A DNA stretch of 64,000 nt, from assembly GCF_009914755.1 (NCBI RefSeq), contig NC_060933.1; one strand, written 5' to 3'. This DNA is from the human T2T-CHM13v2.0 reference genome, Homo sapiens. The notes beneath the pieces are model-generated. The model saw nothing but the letters and a program-made list of their open reading frames with translations. It made no database searches and was not told the DNA's origin. The number at the start of each line of letters is the position of its first letter. Within the stretch, counting starts at the first letter, position 1. This document shows, piece after piece, positions 57,700-64,000 of the stretch. Made by a program: the position numbers and the translations under genes.

Positions 57700-58248
57700 T
57701 ATTTTTATTTATATTTATGTACTTATTTTTAACTTTTAGGTTCGGGGTACATGTGCAGTTTGTTATATCAGTAAATTATGTGTCACAGGAGTTTGGTGTA
57801 CAGATTATTTTGTTACGCAGGTAATAAGCATGGTACCCGATAGGTAGTTTTGGGATCCTTCCCTCCTCCCACCCTCCACCTTCAGATAGATGCTAGTGTC
57901 TGTTGTTCCCTTCTTTATGTCCATGTGTATTCAATGTTTAGCTCCCACTTATAAGTGAGAACATGCCATATTTGGCTTTCTGTTCCTGTGTCGGTCCATT
58001 TAGGATGATGGCCTCCACCTCCATCCATATTGCTTGTTCTTTTCTATGGCTGCATAGTGTTCCATGGTGTATACGCACCACATTTTCTTTACGCAGTCTA
58101 TTGTAGATAGGCATTTAGATTTGATTCCATGTCTTTGCTGTTGTGAATAGTGCTGTGATGAACATACACATGCATGTGTCTTTATGGTAGAACAATTTCT
58201 ATTCATTTGGGTATATATCCAGTAGTGGGATTGCTGGGTCAAATGGTA
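57700..58248 (-). mobile_element. Older L1PA 3' end
   Basis: Antisense L1 3'UTR and ORF2 end (tttagctcccacttataagtgagaacatg, atggctgcatagt). Confidence 0.9.
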
Positions 58249-60299
58249 CTTCTGAAAACTCACTGTTGAGAGGTCACTGAACTTTAAGTCTGTGATTTTT
58301 CTGAAGACCTGGTATCTTTCCTGTTTGTCAGCCCCTATTTCCTGCAGGGACCTGTGCAGCTGTCTTCTGACTTTGCCCTTCCCTGCTTTTTTTGCCTCTA
58401 GCTTATAATTCCCCACCTGCAATACACCATGGAAATTAACATCTGGGCCAGAACTGGGCTGGTCTCCAACAGGAAGTTTTCAACCAGGTATGGGGAGAGA
58501 AAGGGAGATTCTGGGTCACTCTTCTTTCTGACTCTGGACTCAGGGCTGGTCAATTCGCCTGACCCTGCCCATCCTTGCTTCTCAGGTGGTGAGCACTGGT
58601 GGGGAAGCCATGTGGAGCTGCTCAAGCGAGCTGGAGCCTTTCTAACCTATAGCTCCTTCTGTTCCCCTGATGACTTGGCTGTCCAGGGCCTCCTGGGAGT
58701 CAAGTCTTCCTTCTTTGCCAAGATGCACTGCAGCTCCGGGAAATCATCTCTCGGTGAGGCAAGCGGGAAGGCCAGTGGGGGTGGAGAAGAAATCTAGGAG
58801 AGCAGGAGGTCTGTGTCTGGTTGTGGGCCTGGGGCCCTGACATGGCCATGTGAACAGGGGCAGAGCTGGCTTCAACACCCTGGCCCTGCCCCATTGGCTG
58901 GCCAGTATGTGGAAGGAATCGTGAGTCTCCACTGTAAGACAGACGTGGCTGTGAACAGTGACCCAGAGCTGCAGACCTGGTGTCGAGAGATCATTGAAAT
59001 CCGGCTGCCCAGGACCGAGGTAAGAGGAGCTCCTGCCCTGAAATCTCAGACACAAAACTGCAAGAGACCTCCCCAGAATCCTCTGTGCTTCTATGAAATC
59101 TTCCAGAAGCATTTCCAATACCTATGAAAACTCCAAAGGCCTTCTCAGATTCTATTCCCTCCCAGCTGGAGACAGGTCCCCATCCTATGCATTGAGAACC
59201 CCTTAGATGCCAGATGCAGCGGAACCAGTGGTTGCTCATAAATGTTTAATAACTGACTCTCAGGGAAAAAAAAGGTCCCAATTTGTAACATTTGCACATT
59301 TCCATGGCACAAATATTCCTACTGTGGCTACCAAGGTGATGTTGGCCAGCTCACTAAAAACCTTAACATCATTGACTGACTCTTGTGAGCCAGTATGAGT
59401 CAGCACCAGTGCCCCACTGAGTGGGACCCTCCCAGTCAGCTCCCCACTCCCCCACCCAAGCCTGCTGTCATGGTAATTCCCACAAGAGTTACTGAGCATT
59501 CCTTCTGCTCTTTCTCACCCTTCTTGTTCTCCTCTCTTGGCCTTGGCCTCTGAGCTCTGCTCTACTCCTGGCCTCACAGCTTCTAACTCTCCTCACCCCT
59601 TGAAGGGTTTCCTGTCTCTTTACAGTCTCAGGACCAGATTTGCCACTTTGTCACCACATGTATCTTTGCCTGCACTGGCCGACACTCCTTCGTCCACCTG
59701 GACCAGGTAGTTACCAGAAATGGGCAGCTGGGAATTTGGGGCCTGGGTGACGGAGGAGTCTGTATGCAGGTGGGTCACAGGGTTTTCATGCTTAGCAGAC
59801 ATTGACTATAGATTCCTGACTTTCCTTAGCTGGATTGGTACATTTGGGTCCCTAATGCACCCTGCACGATGTGGCTGCCAACCACCAAGGATGCAACGCT
59901 GGAGACAGTGATGGCAACACTGCCCAACTTTCCAGATGTCCTCTCCAGATGTCCATCAGTTGGCAGCTGAGCAGACACCAGCCCATTATGGTGACAGCAA
60001 AGTGCCCAGGGCCCTAAGGAAGGAGGCAGCTGTGGGGACATGTGGCACCCCAAACTGGGGGTCATAAGGCTCTCAGCTGTTTTTTCCTCTCCATCCCAGG
60101 TGGCTGTGAGCCAGCATAAGAAGGAGTATTTTTCGGGCCCTCGGCCTAAGGCTGTGCTGAAGAAGTTCAGGGAGGAGCTGGCTGCCCTGGATGAGGAACT
60201 GAGATCTGGAATGCTACACGGGACATGCCCTATGAATACCTGCGGCCCAGCCTGGTGGAAAACAGTGTGGCTATCTGAGTGTCACCAGCCTTTGGTTAT

Positions 60300-60400
60300 T
60301 TCAGTCGCCCTCCACCCAAGCCACAGTTCTACCCCCAGGTGGTTTCAGTCCTACCCTCCCAAGCCCCACACTTTTCTCATGTCCCACCCTCCCTAAAGGG
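60300..60400 (+). promoter_or_regulatory. Degenerate DICE-like CU-rich repeats in the ALOX15-like 3'UTR
   Basis: cgccctccacccaag, cctaccctcccaag and cccaccctccctaaag resemble the CCCRCCCUCUUCCCCAAG unit. Confidence 0.55.
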
Positions 60401-60629
60401 ACACCTTTTCATGGTCTCTGCACCCAGTGAACACATTTTACTCTAGAGGCAGCACCTGGGGCCTTATTCCTCCCTCCTCCCTCCCTCCTTTCCTATATAT
60501 TCCTTCCTCCCTGTCTTCCTCCTTCTTCAGATCTATAGGGCAAATAACAGCCACAATTATATAAACCATTTCAAGGATCGAATAGGGAGATAATACATAT
60601 TATTCCACACCTTTTATGAATCATATGTG

Positions 60630-60840
60630 ATTTTTTTTGAGACAGGGTGTCACTCTGTTGTCCAGGCTGGAGTGCAGTGGTGCCATCACCTTAGCTCACT
60701 ACAGCCTCAACCTCCTGGGCTCAAGTGATCCTCCCACCTCAGCCTCAGCCTCCTGAGTAGCTGGGACTACAGGCTCATGCCACCATGCCCAGCTAATATT
60801 TTTTTTGTAGAGACAGGTCTCACTATGTTGCCTGGGCTGG
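60630..60840 (-). mobile_element. Partial AluJ in the 3'UTR
   Basis: Antisense right arm and part of left arm. Confidence 0.85.
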
Positions 60841-61035
60841 AAATATGATTTTGAACCCAAATTCAGTTTAACAATAACAAAAAGATATTTTAGACTAATG
60901 ATAGAAAAGAACTAGAACTGAATTATTTTAGATAAAATATTGGCAAAAGAATATAGAGCATCAAAAACATTTATCTGGGTTCACATGCTTGATGTGGTAA
61001 AGAATACAAAAGTTTTTAAAAATTAAAAAAAAATT

Positions 61036-61357
61036 GGCTGGGTGCGGTGGCTCACGCCTGTAATCCCAGCACTTTGGGAGGCCAAGGCGGGTGGATCACG
61101 AGATCAGGAGATCGAGACCATCTTGGCTAACACGGTGGAACCCCGTCTCTACTAAAAATACCAAAAGTTAGCTGGGCATGGTGGCAGGCACCTGTAGTCT
61201 CAGCTACTCGGGAGGCTGAGGCAGGAGAATGGCATGAACCCAGGAGGCGGAGCTTGCAGTAAACCAAGATCACACCACTGCACTCCAGCCTGGGTGACAG
61301 AGTGAGACTCTGTCTCAAATAAATAAATACATAAATAAATAAATACAAATAAAAAAA
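61036..61357 (+). mobile_element. AluY with (TAAA)n tail
   Basis: AluY diagnostics. Confidence 0.92.
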
Positions 61358-61891
61358 TTCTCTTTCTAACTATATAGGATCTAACTTGTGTCCTGAAGCC
61401 AGACACACTACAAAGCAAACCATTAAGACAGTGAGTCCCAAGAATTTTTAACTCAAGATTTTCATGTAATGGCTCACTTAGAAAATACTGAAGGAAAGTC
61501 AGCTGGTTGAACTGAAGAAGCTGCTCCTGGCTGGAGATACTCGGCATCAGAACTTCAGCCTCATGCATCCATACCTTAACCCCTCTGCAGTTCACCAGCT
61601 GGGAAGCTCCCAATTAATAACATTAAGTGGAAAAAGACTAAAAATTTCATTATTACCAAAATGAGTACAACAAGGCATTCAATGAACTCTAACTTCTGTA
61701 TTTCATTAAGATTTTGGGAAAATAAACTTGGAAGTTTTATTTCTTAATATGATAATCTGTGGGTATTTTAAAACAGAAACTAAGAGTACACACAAACCAA
61801 AAGTGTTCCCTTTATAATACAATAAAGATGCTTCTTGCCTCTGATTCTATTTAATTCCACAGAAGACATACTGGTGATGCTTGGTCTGCTT

Positions 61892-62345
61892 TTTTTTTTT
61901 TTCTAAAAAGAAACAGTCTCACTTAGTCACCCAGGCTGGAGTGCTGTGGCCCAATCATAGTTCACGGCAGCCTGGAACTCCTGGGCTCAAGCAATCCTCC
62001 TGCCTTGGCCTTCCAAAGTGCTGGGATTGCAGGAATGTTGGTCTTATTATTTTGTTTGTTTGTTTGAGACAAGGTCTTGCTCTGTTGCCCAGGCTGGGGT
62101 ACAGGCATGACCATGGCTCGCTGCAGCCTTAACCTCCCAGGCTCAGGCGATCCTCTCACCTCAGCCTCCCAAGTAGCTAGAACCACAGGCACATGCCATC
62201 ATACCTGGCTAATTTTTTTTAATTAAATGTTTGTAGAGATGGGGTCTCCCCAGGCTGGTCTCAAACTCCTGGGCTCAAGCGATCCTCCTGTCTTGGCATC
62301 CCAAAGTGCTGGCACTGTAGGCATGAGCCACTGTGCCTGTCTGGT
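61892..62345 (-). mobile_element. Alu monomer plus AluJ
   Basis: Two adjacent antisense diverged Alu units. Confidence 0.82.
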
Positions 62346-63011
62346 CTGATTCTTGAAGGAGGAATTGGAAATGAATAGTAGAGAGGTGGGGGCAGAGTTT
62401 AACACTGGAATCTAGGAGAATCTGCAGAGAGGCAAGAGAGTGTGGTAGGATCTCCACACCAGAAACGAAACAGTAATCCAGCCTGGGGAGTGATGCGGTG
62501 GGGCGCAGGGCCTACGAGAGGTCTTGTGGCAAAGCGGGGAAGAGTTTGTTTCATGATGTCAGGTGATTAGACTTGACCTTTGGGAAACAGCCATGGAAAG
62601 GTTTTAAGTAAGAGCATGTTTAGGGTCCTGGAAGACAAACTCGCAGAGGCACCTCCTTCTTCTTGGAGCCCACACCCTTTTTACAGGCCACGCACCTCTC
62701 TTCGGGGTCACACCCTCTTTTCCTTGGGGGCCACAACCTCTTTCCTGGTTCCTTGTTCAGTACATTCATTGCAACAGACTTTCTCCTCAGTCCCTGACAG
62801 AGAAAATTTCAACTCTCATTGTTTTCTGGAAACAAATCTTTTAGAGCCTCAGGTTTATTACAGACAGACTTGCACGGGGAAAACTAAGACACATGCTCTT
62901 CAGGTTCTCTAACACATGAAGCCATGGCCCTTCCCTTCCAGTGAAGTTCCAGAATAAAAAGTCAGGTGACAGATAGTGAGCTACATGATTTTTGATGAGT
63001 ACATTCAATTT

Positions 63012-63315
63012 CTTTTTTTTTTTTTTCTCTTTGAGATAGAGTCCCACTCTGTCACCTACGCTGGAGTGCAGTGGTGCGACATTGGCTCACTGCAACCTCC
63101 ACCTCCCAGGTTCAAACAATTCTCCCTGCCCCAGCCTCCTGAATAGCTGGGATTACAGGCACCCGCCACTACGCCTGGCTAATTTTTGTATTTTTAGTAG
63201 AGACGGCGTTTCACCATGTTGGCCAGGCTGGTCTTGAATTCCTGACCTCAGGTGATCCACCCGCCTCGGCCTCCCAAAGTGCTGGGATTACAGGCATAAG
63301 CCACCGTGCCCGGCC
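63012..63315 (-). mobile_element. AluSx-type element
   Basis: Antisense dimer; TSD tcaatttctt. Confidence 0.92.
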
Positions 63316-63938
63316 TCAATTTCTTACAATAGACTTATTCTAACAAATATATTTTCTTATGACAAATAGGTAGCCAATAAATGGAAATTATAGTAAGTTA
63401 TTGAAAACCATAGGAAGCATAGCCTCAAGGTGATGGGTGGTAGAACATGGAAGATAACAATAAACTTTTGTCAGAATCGCTTAAGGGAAATTCTTGCAAA
63501 CAAGCCTCCAGTACACAATTTCAAGAAGGAGCCTTCATCCCAGCCTGGTTAGTGTTTATATTCTCAGTGTTTTCAAGGTAAAAGTTTGCAAATATTCTTT
63601 AGATTTTACTTTTATCTAGCAAAGCATAATTGCTGGTCGGTGCATAGTTCTCTCAAAGTCCTTTTGTTAAGCCCTTGCATTCTTTCCAAGGTTCCTCTTT
63701 ATCTGCCTATTGGGAATGGGCACCTCTGTCTTTGGTTACAATTTCCAGCCAAGGCTGAATGACAGAGTGTAGGATTTTTACCTTCCTGTTCCCATGCATC
63801 AGAACTGCTGGATCACTGCCTGCTCTTTTGCCATGGACAGAGGAATGGGGTGCAGGCCTGAGTGAGCCCAGCTGCCTGGATTCTGCTCTGTGACCTATTT
63901 CTCAGCCATACTTACCCTGTCCTTTAAAGATGAGTTTG

Positions 63939-64000
63939 GGCCAGGTGCGGTGGCTCACGCCTGTAATCCCAGCACTTTGGGAGGCCTAGGCCGGCAGATC
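63939..64000 (+). mobile_element. Alu 5' end, cut by window edge
   Basis: ggccaggtgcggtggctcacgcctgtaatcccagc. Confidence 0.9.

Overview
Human (primate) genomic DNA, very repeat-rich; a human-specific-type AluYb8 at 56625 argues for Homo sapiens. The gene content matches my recollection of 9q22.31. From left to right: (1) 1-16.6 kb, intron 2, start-codon exon (MTKSL), intron 1, non-coding exon 1 and promoter of the minus-strand KRAB zinc-finger gene ZNF484, with nested L1/L2/MIR/MaLR/Alu insertions; (2) about 20-38.5 kb, a mosaic segmental-duplication block made of an unprocessed SPATA31C-like pseudogene (+) truncated at its 3' end by a tandem MST-type MaLR array, a processed SNX18 pseudogene fragment (-), a ~100-bp-arm inverted repeat, a 15-16-bp minisatellite and the orphan 3'-terminal exons of an ANKRD18B/ANKRD26-family gene (-); (3) 38.5-44.5 kb, a nearly full-length L1PA3/4-type LINE-1 (-) with intact ORF1 and ORF0, broken ORF2 and a missing 3' end fused to a half Alu; (4) a MER4-group ERV1 remnant; (5) 51.5-60.9 kb, a complete 14-exon unprocessed ALOX15 pseudogene (+, probably ALOX15P2). 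I found no convincing new biological system. The best leads are evolutionary and regulatory: Val-Val (12-lipoxygenating type) specificity codons in the ALOX15 copy, a rearrangement breakpoint at 38.5 kb that may have split an ANKRD gene, an L1 antisense promoter/ORF0 aimed at the ALOX15 copy, and two non-transposon inverted repeats. Repeat subfamily names come from recalled consensus motifs and need RepeatMasker confirmation.
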